DNA of 64,000 nt, from contig NIVC01000981.1 of the NCBI GenBank assembly GCA_002269645.1, positions 186,001 to 250,000 of the forward strand, in the 5' to 3' direction. The notes beneath the pieces were generated by a model. That model ran no database searches. It worked only from the letters and a program-made list of their open reading frames with translations, and was not told where the DNA came from. Below, piece after piece: positions 1 to 12,410 of the stretch (position 1 is its first letter; every line of letters begins with the position of its first letter). Both the position numbers and the translations under genes were made by a program. The stretch comes from Macrostomum lignano (lineage: Eukaryota).

Positions 1-306
1 CCGCATCGGATCTGGCCTCCAAGCCATCCGGCAGGATGTGCATCGCCTCAGTGGAAGTCTCGGCGCTCAGCATAGCGTTCAATCGTTCACGCTGAGACGC
101 GGCGGCGTCCCAAGCGGACACCCGGCCGGGCGGTAGGAAATAATTGTCCAGCAGCAACAGGCTCAGACTGGCCAGTTCGCGAAGAGGCCCGCTATCGGAC
201 ATTGGCAGCCAGGACTCGGCGCGGATCAGGCAGTCTGTTAGGCTTATCTGCTCCGTGTCGCTGGTGAGACTGCAGATCTGCAATACCAGGCCTGGCCGAT
301 CATCGC
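1..306 (-). CDS. RSPRY1: RSPRY1 orthologue, exon 4 (continues beyond window start into the SPRY domain)
   Basis: Acceptor ttctccag at 308/307, phase 1. Open frame DDRPGLVLQ...LDNYFLPPGR...NAMLSAETSTEAMHILPDGLEARSDA resembles RSPRY1 LDNLFLKEGR...[26 protein letters not shown] (recalled, not searched). Confidence 0.85.
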
Positions 307-390
307 CTGGAGAAGTTTTGGTTTGCTTTGTTCTGTTCTACTTCAGAGTTGCCATGGGAGACGGCTGGTGTGCGAGAGGGATAGAAAGAA

Positions 391-1297
391 AGGGAGAGAC
401 AGGTGGTGAGCAGGGAGAGACTGGCGGTGAGCAGGGAGAGACTGTCGGTGAGCAGGGAGACTGGCGGTGAGCAGGGAGAGACTGGCGGTGAGCAGGGAGA
501 CTGTCGGTGAGCAGGGAGAGACTGGCGGTGAGCAGGGAGAGACTGTCGGTGAGCAGGGAGACTGGCAGTGAGCAGGGAGAGACTGGCGGTGAGCAGGGAG
601 ACTGTCGGTGAGCAGGGGGAGTGGCGGTAAGCAGGGATACTGGCGGTGAGCAGGGAGAGACTGGCGGTGAGCAGGGAGAGACTGGAGGTGAGCAGGGAGA
701 GACTGGCGGTGAGCAGGGAGAGACTGTCGGTGAGCAGGGAGACTGGCAGTGAGCAGGGAGAGACTGGCGGTGAGCAGGGAGAGACTGTCGGTGAGCAGGG
801 AGACTGGCGCGGTGAGCAGGGAGACTGGCGGTGAGCAGGGAGAGACTGGCGGTGAGCAGGGAGAGACTGTCGGTGAGCAGGGAGACTGGTGGTGAGCAGG
901 GAGACTGGCGGTGAGCAGGGAGAGACTGGCGGTGAGCAGGGAGACTGTCGGTGAGCAGGGAGAGACTGGCGGTGAGCAGGGAGAGACTGTCGGTGAGCAG
1001 GGAGACTGGCAGTGAGCAGGGAGAGACTGGCGGTGAGCAGGGAGAGACTGTCGGTGAGCAGGGGGAGTGGCGGTGAGCAGGGAGACTGGCGGTGAGCAGG
1101 GAGAGACTGGCGGTGAGCAGGGAGAGACTGGCGGTGAGCAGGGAGAGACTGGCGGTGAGCAGGAAGAGACTGTCGGTGAGCAGGGAGACTGGCAGTGAGC
1201 AGGGAGAGACTGGCGGTGAGCAGCGAGACTGTCGGTGAGCAAAGAGACTGTCGGTGAGCAGGGAGAGACTGGCGGTGAGCAGGGAGACTGTCAGTAA
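391..1297. repeat. Intronic minisatellite, 19-21 bp unit GAGACTGGCGGTGAGCAGGGA(GA)
   Basis: Tandem copies fill RSPRY1 intron 307-1307. Confidence 0.95.
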
Positions 1298-1307
1298 GCA
1301 GACTCAC

Positions 1308-1629
1308 TGGTAATTAGGAAAGCTTGCAGCATTAGCAGAGCGGCGCAGGCCACCTCCAGTTCGGGCTTATTATCCAACAAATACTGCTTCAATTCCGAAT
1401 CGATAACGCTAGTATTACTACTAGCAGCAGTAGCAGGAGGAGCAGTCAAATTCGCTAAGCGGTTGTGTACAAACTGGAGCAGTTCAACTGTTAACAAGCT
1501 GTTGAACATTGCGCCAGCCAGTTTGGTGGCCAGAGCAGCCACCACGCAAAGGGAGTTCTTCTGTTTAATCTCGGGCAATGACGAGGCGTTAGCAAAATCT
1601 AACTGCTGCATCAGGTCTGAGACCAGCTC
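1308..1629 (-). CDS. RSPRY1: RSPRY1 orthologue, exon 3
   Basis: ccgcag acceptor and gtgagt donor, phase 0 to 1. KNSLCVVAALATKLAG resembles RSPRY1 RNTSAVLGCLAEKLAG. Confidence 0.85.
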
Positions 1630-1669
1630 CTGCGGTTGGGAGAGTTTGAAATTTTACGAGTATCCCACT

Positions 1670-3021
1670 TATCTACTATTTATCCCAAATTTTATTCCAG
1701 ATTTTCTTCTATTCATCCCTTATCCTGATTTTATTCCCCTATTCATCCCTGATCCTGACTTTCTTCCCCTATTCATCCCATATCCTGAATTTCTTCCCCT
1801 ATTCATCCCTTATCCTGATTTTCTTCCCCTATTCCTCCCATATCCTGACTTTCTTCCCCTATTCATCCCATATCCTGACTTTCTTCCCCTATTCATCCCT
1901 TATCCTGATTTTCTTCCCCTATTCATCCCATATCCTGACTTTCTTCCCCTATTCATCCCATATCCTGACTTTCTTCCCCTATTCATCCCATATTCTGACT
2001 TTCTTCCCCTATTCATCCCATATCCTGACTTTCTTCCCCTATTCATCCCATATCCTGACTTTCTTCCCCTATTCATCCCATATCCTGATTTTCTTCCCCT
2101 ATTCATCCCATATCCTGACTTTCTTCCCCTATTCATCCCATATCCTGACTTTCTTCCCCTATTCATCCCATATTCTGACTTTCTTCCCCTATTCATCCCA
2201 TATCCTGATTTTCTTCCTCTATTCATCCCATATCCTGACTTTCTTCCCCTATTCATCCCATATCCTGATTTTCTTCCCCTATTCATCCCATATCCTGATT
2301 TTCTTCCCCTATTTATCCCATATCCTGACTTTCTTCCTCTATTTATCCCATATCCTGACTTTCTTCCTCTATTTATCCCATATCCTGATTTTCTTCCTCT
2401 ATTCATCCCATATCCTGACTTTCTTCCCCTATTCATCCCATATCCTGATTTTCTTCCCCTATTTATCCCATATCCTGATTTTCTTCCCCTATTCATCCGA
2501 TATCCTGACTTTCTTCCTCTATTTATCCCATATCCTGATTTTCTTCCTCTATTCATCCCATATCCTGATTTTCTTCCCCTATTCATCCGATATCCTGACT
2601 TTCTTCCTCTATTTATCCCATATCCTGATTTTCTTCCTCTATTCATCCCATATCCTGATTTTCTTCCCCTATTCATCCCATATCCTGATTTTCTTCCCCT
2701 ATTTATCCCATATCCTGACTTTCTTCCCCTATTTATCCCATATCCTGACTTTCTTCCCCTATTCATCCCATATCCTGACTTTCTTCCCCTATTTATCCCA
2801 TATCCTGACTTTCTTCCCCTATTTATCCCATATCCTGATTTTCTTCCCCTATTCATCCCATATCCTGACTTTCTTCCCCTATTTATCCCATATCCTGACT
2901 TTCTTCCTCTATTCATCCCATATCCTGATTTTCTTCCCCTATTCATCCCATATCCTGATTTTCTTCCCCTATTCATCCCATATCCTGATTTTCTTCCCCT
3001 ATTCATCCCATATCCTGATTT
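1670..3021. repeat. Intronic minisatellite, 30 bp unit ATTCATCCCATATCCTGACTTTCTTCCCCT (about 45 copies)
   Basis: Near-perfect 30-bp periodicity; source of the PYPDFLPLFI and MNRGRKSGYG repeat ORFs. Confidence 0.97.
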
Positions 3022-3056
3022 TTCTCATCCATTTATCTCCTTTGGAGGAAACGCAC

Positions 3057-3231
3057 CTTAGTAGGCAGACAGCCGCCATCTAGTATCATGCTGATGATGC
3101 AGGCGCCCAAGCAATGATCGATAGGCACCTCTTCAATTAGGATCCCAACCATAATTAAAAACTGGCGCTCAACCTCTGAGTAGCTGTGCAGCTGGAATAG
3201 GGCGAACTTCTTCAGCGTTTCGTTTTCGTCT
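3057..3231 (-). CDS. RSPRY1: RSPRY1 orthologue, exon 2 (absent from ORF track)
   Basis: ttattcag acceptor and gtgcgt donor, 175 nt, phase 2 to 0. EEVPIDHCLGACIISMILDGGCLPTK resembles RSPRY1 [24 protein letters not shown]. Confidence 0.88.
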
Positions 3232-3304
3232 CTGAATAAAGGATTAAGAAAAACGCAAATTATTTTTCTATTACATACACGAAGTTTATCGAAATCTACT
3301 TTAA

Positions 3305-3490
3305 ATCAGCCGATATGTATCAAAATGGAACTGGTTTTTAGATGCAGTATTATCCGATATGTATCGAAATAAAACATATTTAGATACAGTATATCACTCG
3401 ATATGTATCGAAATGGAACTTTTTCTAGATACAATATCAGCCGATATGTGTCGAAATGAAACATATTTTTAGATATTGTATCAGCCGATG
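3305..3490. repeat. Degenerate 45-50 bp tandem repeat (CCGATATGTATCGAAAT...TTAGATACAGTAT), about 4 copies
   Basis: Recurring CGATATGTATCGAAAT core. Confidence 0.7.
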
Positions 3491-4100
3491 TGTTATTTAA
3501 AAAAATGTGTTATTTTAAAGCTTGAACGAGATTGCCTTACCGAGACTGCCTTATCTGCCTTGCCCAGATTGGTAAGGCAACAAACTGCTATTTTTAGACA
3601 TGAGCTAATGATTAATAACATTGGTGCGCATTTCCGCATATAAAATTCTGAACTAGAAAATTAGAAGCCATGCATACAATTTTCGTAATAGAGAACTAGG
3701 GTGTGTCTAGTTTGTCAAGAAAAACACGTGATAAGAACACGATTGCAGACAGAAAGCAAGCAGGAGCCCGGGGTAACGTCAGCATAGCCAATTATAGTCA
3801 AATATATGCACACAGCATACGCTATCTTATTTCCACATCTGGAGCCTTTCAGTGCACTTGGCACCGTTGGCAGGGGTAGGTTACAGGTGCTAATAACTGA
3901 AATTCTGTGCAAACATAAATAGTCTAAAACTGCTAATTTTGGACATCCCCAGTTGCAATTGAACACTAGATAGTAAAATTAAACATTTATTACCAATTTA
4001 ACCAATTGAAGGCTTTCATTTTGCTACACATTGTAAGCGCTCACTCAAAAAGATTAGCTTAGTAATGTATTAGGCGTTTTAAAATGAAAACATGCTATCT

Positions 4101-4845
4101 TCTGGAGGCTGGCCCAGCAACTGAGGATCTGGGAGGCTGGCCCAGCAACTGAGGATCTGGGAGGCTGGTCCAGCAACTGAGGATTTGGGAGGCTGGCCCG
4201 GCAACTGAGGATGTGGGAGGCTGGCCCGGCAACTGAGGATCTGGGAGGCTGGCCCGGCAACTGAGGATCTGGGAGGCTGGCCCGGCAACTGAGGATCTGG
4301 GAGGCTGGCCCGGCAACAGAGGATCTGGGAGGCTGGCCCGGCAACTGAGGATCTGGGAGGCTGGCCCGGCAACTGAGGATCTGGGGCTGGGTGGCTGGTG
4401 GCCCAGCAACTGCATGAGGATTTGGGAGGCTGGCCCAGCAACTGAGGATTTGGGAGGCTGGCCCAGCAACTGAGGATCTGGGAGGCTGGCCTAGCAACTG
4501 AGGATCTGGGAGGCTGGCCTAGCAACTGAGGATCTGGGACTGGGAGGCTGGTCGCCCAGCAACTGAGGATTTGGGAGGCTGGCCCAGCAACTGAGGATCT
4601 GGGAGGCTGGCCTAGCAACTGAGGATCTGGGACTGGGAGGCTGGTCGCCCAGCAACTGAGGATTTGGGAGACTGTGGCCCAGCAACTGAGGTTCTGGGAG
4701 CTGGCTCAGCAACTGAGGATTTGGGAGGCTGGCCCAGAAACTGAGGTTCTGGGAGGCTGGCCCAGCAACTGAGGATCTGGGAGGCTGGCCCAGCAACTGA
4801 GGATCTGGGAGGCTGGCCCAGCAACTGAGGATCTGGGAGGCTGGC
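4101..4845. repeat. Intronic minisatellite, 28 bp unit CTGGCCCAGCAACTGAGGATCTGGGAGG
   Basis: Tandem copies begin about 17 nt inside the RSPRY1 intron-1 donor. Confidence 0.95.
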
Positions 4846-4862
4846 TATGATAGATAGCTTAC

Positions 4863-5137
4863 CTGTCATAGTGCCTGACAATGAAGCGCACAGTGAGCCG
4901 GATGGACTCCTGCTCAGTGAGGCGATTGCCGCCCTCGCCAAGCAGATCAGTGAGGAAGCTGATGTCCTCGAGCTGGTCGTAGAGGCTGATGATGTAGGGG
5001 AGGCTCCGGTTGTCAGAAAGCTGTGACAAATCCAGCATCATGGATGAGTGCCTGCTGGCTTCGTCGGCTTGAGGTTGGGCCCGGCGACGTCTGAGATGAC
5101 GAGCGCGGCGGCGGCCGCTGATGCAGGAGTTGCCCAT
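4863..5137 (-). CDS. RSPRY1: RSPRY1 orthologue, first coding exon (MGNSC start; alternative in-frame ATG at 5170)
   Basis: MGNSC motif as in vertebrate RSPRY1; LPYIISLYD resembles PPYSMITLHE; gtaagc donor at 4862, phase 2. Confidence 0.8.
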
Positions 5138-5369
5138 CTGGTGCAGCTGCGGCTGAGTATGGGCATGCATTATTTTTAACTAAATTTCAGTCCTAAATAT
5201 GTTGATCCTCTCCACGCTACATAATAATTATATATATATATATATACATCAACTCTAAAGCAAGCATTATTATTAACTGATTCGAGGTTCCATGTGCAGA
5301 TTTCAGTATTATGGGATTAGGATCCCCAACTGGATTCTTTGTGTTTTGTCAGTTAGTTAAAAATATAAA

Positions 5370-5633
5370 ATAATCATAATCATAATTGATTACACCTGCC
5401 AGAATGGGTGGGCAGATGTGTAACTGACAGCTCAGCTATCAGTCCAAGAACTGGGGTGTCAACACACACACCCTCAAATACACTACTGATGACACCCATT
5501 TCACAGCTGGGTGAACTGAAGCAATGCAGAGTTGTCTTGCTGAAGGGCACAAATTGTTACAATGGGATGGGGAATTGAACCCCTGACTTTCAAGTCATGA
5601 GTCTAACGCTCTAACCACTAGGCTACAATGCCC
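5370..5633 (-). mobile_element. tRNA-derived SINE with CORE-like central domain and (ATTATG)n tail
   Basis: Minus strand: A box TAGCCTAGTGG, B box GGTTCAATTCC, then GTGCCCTTCAGCAAG...CTTCAGTTCACCCAGCTGTGAAATGGG, resembling the MIR CORE. 3' part is shared with the copy at 57408-57662. Confidence 0.7.
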
Positions 5634-6999
5634 TTTAACAATATAAAATACACTATATATCATAAAATAATGGTGTATAAAGTTAATATTTACTGTTAAA
5701 AATGTGTCATGATAAAAAAGAAGAGGTGCATAAATACTTAATCTTTGTTAAAAATAAAAATACTGATTTTTCACTTCATTTCAAAAGATTTGATCACTAG
5801 TGTCTTAGACAAAAAGTAAAAGTATATTTAATTTATAGTTTTCCACCTTTGTTACATTCTTATCTAGCATTATTCTGAATGATGTCTACTTTAACAGTTG
5901 TCATAAAGGCAAATATAAATACTATACCTTAGGCTTTATTGTGAGCTTAGTTTTTACTTTCATATACAATTATTTGCATATAACTAATTTTTCAACAATC
6001 ACCTAGGTAATTCAGGAAATTTAATAAAAAATAACAAACAATTTTATATCTTAAAAAATTGCAACAAACAGAATTGAAAAGAATAATTTTAGTATGAGAA
6101 GTCATTATAAAATAGAAGTAAAATACAATATATACAATATAATCATACATGCCCAACACCTGTCTAACCTGTCCAAACTGGTAGGAACCAAAGTTGCAAT
6201 TAGGAGGAACTAAGTTGCAAATCTGGACAAAACTAAGTCACAAAATTAAGTATACCTAATACAAAATATAGATTAAAAATTTAAAAATAGCTCATTATAC
6301 CAAAATAAAAAACTTAAGTTTTAGGCAAACATGATTTTTATAATGGGGACTCAAGTAAGATTTTTTAAAGTTATTTTAAATATTTTTATTAGATAAATAT
6401 TCTATGTATAGATAAAAAGCAACTCTTACTTTTGAAAATTGTTCAAATAATCTTGCTTATGCATCTTGCCTATTAAGGACTATAATGATTTTTGCCCAAA
6501 AATTGTTTTTTAAATGCAATAAAGCTAACCTATTAAAAAAATTAAGAACAATGAAAGTGTTGTCAAAATTTAGATACATATTTTGTTTACACTAGTACAT
6601 TAAGCCCCCATAGGGGATTCAAATTCAAAATTCAAACATCAAATACATGAAAAATCTTTTTTGAACCATTTCCAAATTTGTTTTTTATTTTTCAAAATTT
6701 TTGACTTAGCAACATAAAAAAATTGCCACTCTATTCACTAGTGAGTAATTCTGAAAAGGATATAAGAATCTATCCAACAAAACCCTTCATACTGTATCTC
6801 CATACTTTATTCCTGAACTCAAGCTTGCCACAGCATACAGGGTGCTTCAAAAGTCCTGCAACAAAATATATTGATCTATAACTTTTGATATACATGGACT
6901 ATTTATATGGCTTTATTGGAACTTATGAACAATACTATGCATCCTTTAAATGTGCTATAAAACTTGACAAATTGTACCTTTCAGCCAACTAATTAATCA

Positions 7000-8028
7000 A
7001 TGAATTGCCGACATGCTGCGATTGTTGATTTGCATCAGGCAGGCAAGTCAACGGGAGAAATTATTGCCACCCTGTCTCATGAGAACCTGCACCGATCAAC
7101 GGTCATCCGCACCATCAGCCGATGGGAGGTTACTGGAACATTGGAGGACAGGTCTCGGTCTGGCCGACCTGCAACTGCTAGGACTCCAGAACTGAAAAAG
7201 AAAATTGCCCAGAAGATTGAGCGCAATCCTGAATGCTCGATGCGCCAAATGGCAAAGGAGAACAAAGTAAGTGAGGCCACAGTCCGACGCATTGTACATA
7301 AAGACCTGGGACTGCAATTGCTCAAAAAAACCCCAGCTCGTCACTTGACTGCTGATGTTATGGCCACCAGGGTTGAGCAATCTAGTCTTCTCCTGTCTGA
7401 GCACATTGCTAACCATGAGGACTTTATCCTATGGACAGATGAGAAAATTTTCAATGTTGAGCGAGTGCTGAACCGCCAAAACGACAGGGTTCTGGCCCCA
7501 AGTGCCTCTGCTGTCCAGCCGGAGCATCGCTTTGCTGACTGGCTTCAGCACCCATCTTCAGTGATGGTCTGGGCCGGAATCAGCAGCAACAGCCGCACAA
7601 ATCTTGTTTTTGTGCCCGAGGGTGTCAAAATCCGGGCTGAATCCTATTGAGAACTGATTCTAGAGACAGAAGTTCTTTGAATAAATCGCGAAGTGTTCAG
7701 GAACTAGGTCTGGACATTCCAGCAGGATGGTGCCCCTGCCCACACTGCTCGAGCCACACAGGAGTGGTTTCAGCAGCATGGGATCCGGCTAATCGCCAAG
7801 GAAGAATGGCCGCCGTATTCCCCTGACCTAAACCCCATGGACTTCTATGTCTGGGGGGTTCTAGAGGCCAAGGCCTGTGCTACTCCCCACAGGAGTTTGG
7901 ACTCGCTGCGAGCTGCCTTTCGGCAAGAGTGGGAGTGGATCCCCCAGGATGTGCTGCGTGCCACAGCCCAGTCTGTGAGACGTCGTCTTCATGCTGTCAT
8001 TCGCAACAGGGGCGGCTACATTGAGTGA
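7000..8028 (+). pseudogene. maT/DD37D transposase with three in-frame stops
   Basis: HTH with GRP, WTDEK, FQQDGAPAH, then 37 residues to SPDLNPMD. Stops at 7648, 7678 and 7705, all in one frame. Confidence 0.92.
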
Positions 8029-8123
8029 TACTTTGTGCCATAGACACTGACAGGTTTACCAACATCTCTGTAAAATTTCAACCTAATATCTTTTAGCATA
8101 CCATAGGTGGCCAATAATATGTG

Positions 8124-8805
8124 CAAGGACTACTTAAGAACACAGGACGTTACACTTGCAAATATTGGCAGAATTCTAAAAGGCCGCTTTGAATGCATGT
8201 GTCTATGGTTTAGTGGCCTTTTTGCTATTTGAAGCAATGTGTATAATACATGAATAGAAATTAAAGCCTAGTGAATAAAATTTTTATATGCATGTATACC
8301 AACAAAATATTTATATTTTCTCCAAAAGGTGATCGTGAACAGGGTGTAGAAGTTTAACGGTACAGTCAACTAGAAGATATTGCCAACAGAGTAAAAAACT
8401 TCCAACTGCCTGCTACCACAGCTGCAGCCGCTCATATCAGCTGCTTCTACATTTTAAACAAGTCCATGAATCAGGAAATGACCGAATAAGTATTATTTTT
8501 GTTGACCAAGTGTAGTTCCTATCATTCAATATTGTCATTCTTGTTATTTTTGGGTATTTCTTTGTTTTTTGTTAAACTTCTACACCCTGTTCACAATCAC
8601 CTTTTGGAGAAAATATAAACATTTTGTCGGTATACATGCATATAAAAACTTTATTCACTAGGCTTTAATTTCTATTCATATATTATACACATTGCTTCAA
8701 ATAGCAAAAAGGCCACTAAACCATAGACACATGCATTCAAAGCAGCCTTTTAGAATTCTGCCAATATTTGCAAGTGTAACGTCTTGTGTTCTTAAGTAGT
8801 CCTTG
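8124..8805. mobile_element. Foldback MITE with 235-bp TIRs and 8-bp TSD (hAT or P superfamily)
   Basis: Arms 8124-8358 and 8571-8805 are reverse complements with few mismatches. AATATGTG is duplicated at 8116-8123 and 8806-8813. Termini CAAGG. Confidence 0.9.
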
Positions 8806-9967
8806 AATATGTGTTGTTGCAGGACTTTTGACGCACCCTGTAGCTAAATTGTGTCACTTGCAAAGATAAGAGACTTTACCTGCATTTTCAAAAGGGGCAA
8901 CCACAGACGGAATCTTTTGTTGCTAAGTATGTAAGCACACTATAACACTAAGCCCTTAATAGTGGGCATTCAAATTAAAAGTTCAAACATTAAGCATTGA
9001 AAGCTTTGTTTTTTAATATTTGACCTACTAACAATTGGTATAAATTTTATATACCAATTTTCCAAATGAATCTGAATTAATTGGGCCCATAAGCTATTGC
9101 CCCCATCTACAACTGTGCCACATAATATTGTTTTCATAAAATAAGACAAATAAGATCAGAGCAGTTTAGGGGGTTGATACATTTCAGGCGAGCTTTTTAA
9201 GCCTTACCTATGCACACAATCTTTCATCAATTGTCTTTCAGACTAGTTGATAAATGATAATAACATTTAACCAACCCTACCATTTGTTAGCCCACTATAT
9301 GAAAGGTTATCAAACTCCTTTAGTCTGATTGTGATTGTACATTGTACACTGTATATTGGCCAAGAAAAGGCCTAAATGGTTAAATTAAACAATTAAATTT
9401 AGAAACAGAGCACCCATTAAAGGCATTAAAATGTTTTTTTTCAAATATTTGATTGACTGCTTTCCCTTTCAAATTTTTCTTTTAAAAAGTTATGCATGAT
9501 TGCCAAAAAGTTATAGTTTGTTTAAAGCTTACTTGAAAAAATGGGCTAGATGGTTCTTAAAAATCAATGATAGACAGATTGACTGACTGATTGGCAGACA
9601 AACAATACAAAATTAATATATAGACATGAAAACAAACTGTTGGCTAAGGATAAAAAATAAAAGTTTTTTATAATGATACTATAATATAATGTATAAACAT
9701 ACATAAATTACTGATTTTTCTATTCAATTCAAAAAAATACTAAAGCACTTATTTTTTTAGTGTCACAGTCAGTTTTTTAAGTTAATTTTGTGAAAAAGAA
9801 AACATAGTCTATTGTTATCCAAATGAAATTAAATGAATAAATGAATATTTCAAAAGTTTTTCTATGATATACTATTGGAATAAATTCTCAAATCTATAGA
9901 TGTGTACTAAGCATGACCTATAGGTACAGTGCATTGAGCATCCTACAAGGAGTTGCATACATAGGAG

Positions 9968-10209
9968 CAGGGGCGTAGCCAGGAATTTCCTACGGGGGGG
10001 GATACACCAAGGTGAATTTCCTATGGGGGGGATACACCAAGGTGAATTTCCTACAGGGGGATACACCAAGGTAAATTTCCTACGGGGGGATACACCAAGG
10101 TAAAAGTGCTCACATGGTAGCATGTATAGCGAAAAAGGGCACAAAAAAGTTTTGGTCAGGCTCTTCGGGGGGGATACATCCCCTCTGATCCCCCCTCCCT
10201 ACGCCACTG
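9968..10209. mobile_element. hAT-type MITE with about four internal 28-30 bp repeats
   Basis: Termini CAGGGGCGTAG and CTACGCCACTG; perfect 8-bp TSD CATAGGAG. Confidence 0.88.
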
Positions 10210-10592
10210 CATAGGAGAGGAGTCATGGCCCTTCCAATTAAATGGGAGGAGGGGTCATAGAGGTCTGTGGAATAATGGTGGTCCATTTGAATGTATCCCC
10301 CTCAATGTGGCATCTTCCCTAATAAAAACCATAAATATGCCAATAAGCCTATTCCTATTACAATAATAATATAATTTTGCCTAGCCTAGCCAAGAAGAAA
10401 GTGGAAAATTGTATAAAGTGAGGCTGCTAAAGTAGGCAAACATTTAACAGAGTTAAAAATTGATACTGTTTTTTTTTCTTAGAAGATTTAAACTTATTCT
10501 GGTATCTAGTTGTATAATGAAGTAGTATATATTCACAAAAAAGCCCGCAATATATCCAACTAGGACTCCTTGGCACAATTATCCACCAATTA

Positions 10593-12220
10593 GGGTGCGT
10601 TCGAGTGACTTAAAATGACTTAAACTGCCATTTTAACGTCCTTAGTAAAACAAATGTTAAGCAGACTAAATGTAAAAATAATCTAGGTAAATGATAGTCA
10701 AATTACAATTAAGAATTAATTCAATTTCTAAAACCGGTCTAAGATTAAAAAAACGTCGCCTATACTTCTTCCAACTCAACCTGAACGCCTAGGCACCGTT
10801 TTAACTTCGCTCGCAATTACCACATTTATCGTAATTGAATATTTTGTATTCTTCACCTTTGTTCTATCATTTGCTTTCACGTCTTTTTGCTCAGTTCGCT
10901 GCCCGTCATAATAGTCTTTGAATAATTGCTTAGTACTAATATTGTTTATTTATTGGTTGTTATTACGTAGTGGTTTGTTTGGACTTGGAATATAGTCACT
11001 ATTTCAGCTTGGTTCTTATTCTTCAATATAGTATCTGAGTGAACTTCATGTTATAGTTTTGTCTTTCTATTTATTCTATAGTATTGTATCTATAGTGTTA
11101 GCCTCAGCAATCCATTATCTTGCGTTGCAGTTGCTGGGTGTATGCAAGCAGGATATATTCAACTACATGTACGAAGGGGCAGCATCTATATAGCAGCATC
11201 TACTCAGATAATCTATATAGTAGTCATTTCAGAAACAAAAAGTTGCCTACCTCCGACCAAATACTGCACGGCGGTGTCGTAATTAGTCAACTCCACAAGA
11301 AGCCTACACAATTGTCCACCATTTTCCATGAAAACATCAAATACAGGCATTGTTATCCAGCGGTGCAGATTAACACTACTTGCAAAAAATGAGTATATGC
11401 AACAAGAGAAACTGTAAACAAATTTACAGAGATTGGCACAAAATACAAAAAATATATGAAACTTATTGATGCAGAGGTATATTTGAAAGAAATGTTTTTT
11501 TTGGTTTATATAAGTTGACTGTGATGAATAAAGATAATAAATAAGGAGCTAATTACTATATTCAAACAAGCAAAAGAATAAAAAACAAGGTAAGTCAGTC
11601 AACTATTCATTGAGAAAAAAATAGGCCAGATAGCAATAAAATAATATGATTTAACCAAAGTGAATAATTCCATGGTATTACAATAGCTACGGAATAAATA
11701 GAAAGACAAAACTATAACATGAAGTTCACTCAGATACTATATTGAAGAATAAGAACCAAGCTGAAAAAGTACAAAACTCCAATAGAAAAATAATAACAGT
11801 AGCAACAATAATAGTGACTATATTCCAAGTCCAAATAAACTACTATGTAATAACAATTAATAAATAAACAATATTAGTACTAAGCAATTATTCAAAGACT
11901 ATTATGACGGGCAGCGAACTGAGCAAAAAGACGTGAAAGCAAATGATAGAACAAAGGTGAAGAATACAAAATATTCAATTACGATAAATGTGGTAATTGC
12001 GAGCGAAGTTAAAACGGTGCCTAGGCGTTCAGGTTGAGTTGGAAGAAGTATAGGCGACGTTTTTTTAATCTTAGACCGGTTTTAGAAATTGAATTAATTC
12101 TTAATTGTAATTTGACTATCATTTACCTAGATTATTTTTACATTTAGTCTGCTTAACATTTGTTTTACTAAGGACGTTAAAATGGCAGTTTAAGTCATTT
12201 TAAGTCACTCGAACGCACCC
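10593..12220. mobile_element. PIF/Harbinger-type non-autonomous foldback element
   Basis: Long inverted arms 10593-11076 and 11692-12220 (about 45 bp extra in the right arm), termini GGGTGCGTTCG, TTA on both flanks. Confidence 0.88.
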
Positions 12221-12410
12221 TTAAAGAAGTGCCAACAAGGCAAAGCTAAAACTCTAAATGTGATATTATGAAAAAAATGCAAACTTTGTTTTTAATTACC
12301 ACATTTACTTAACAGGACAAAAATAAATAAATAAAATTATAAAAATGTTTTGCTTTAAATAACAGTAGTTATTTTTTTAAAAAATTTTTCCATGAAATAA
12401 GATATTTTCT

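Larger units (their letters stand above)
6838..8840 (+). mobile_element. Tc1/mariner element of the DD37D (maT) family with a nested MITE
   Basis: 27-bp TIRs CAGGGTGC(T/G)TCAAAAGTCCTGCAACAA with one mismatch, TA on both flanks. 1313 bp once the nested insert and one TSD are removed. Confidence 0.92.

Noticed and set aside
3534-3580. Short inverted repeat TTGCCTTACC...GGTAAGGCAA
   Set aside because: Only 10 bp, no TSD seen; too little to call a MITE.
5560-5633. tRNA gene (also 57590-57662)
   Set aside because: A and B boxes are present, but the acceptor stem is poor and the sequence continues into a shared SINE body.
11120-11392. ORF in the Harbinger spacer as transposase or MADF remnant
   Set aside because: No DDE or Myb/SANT features recognised.
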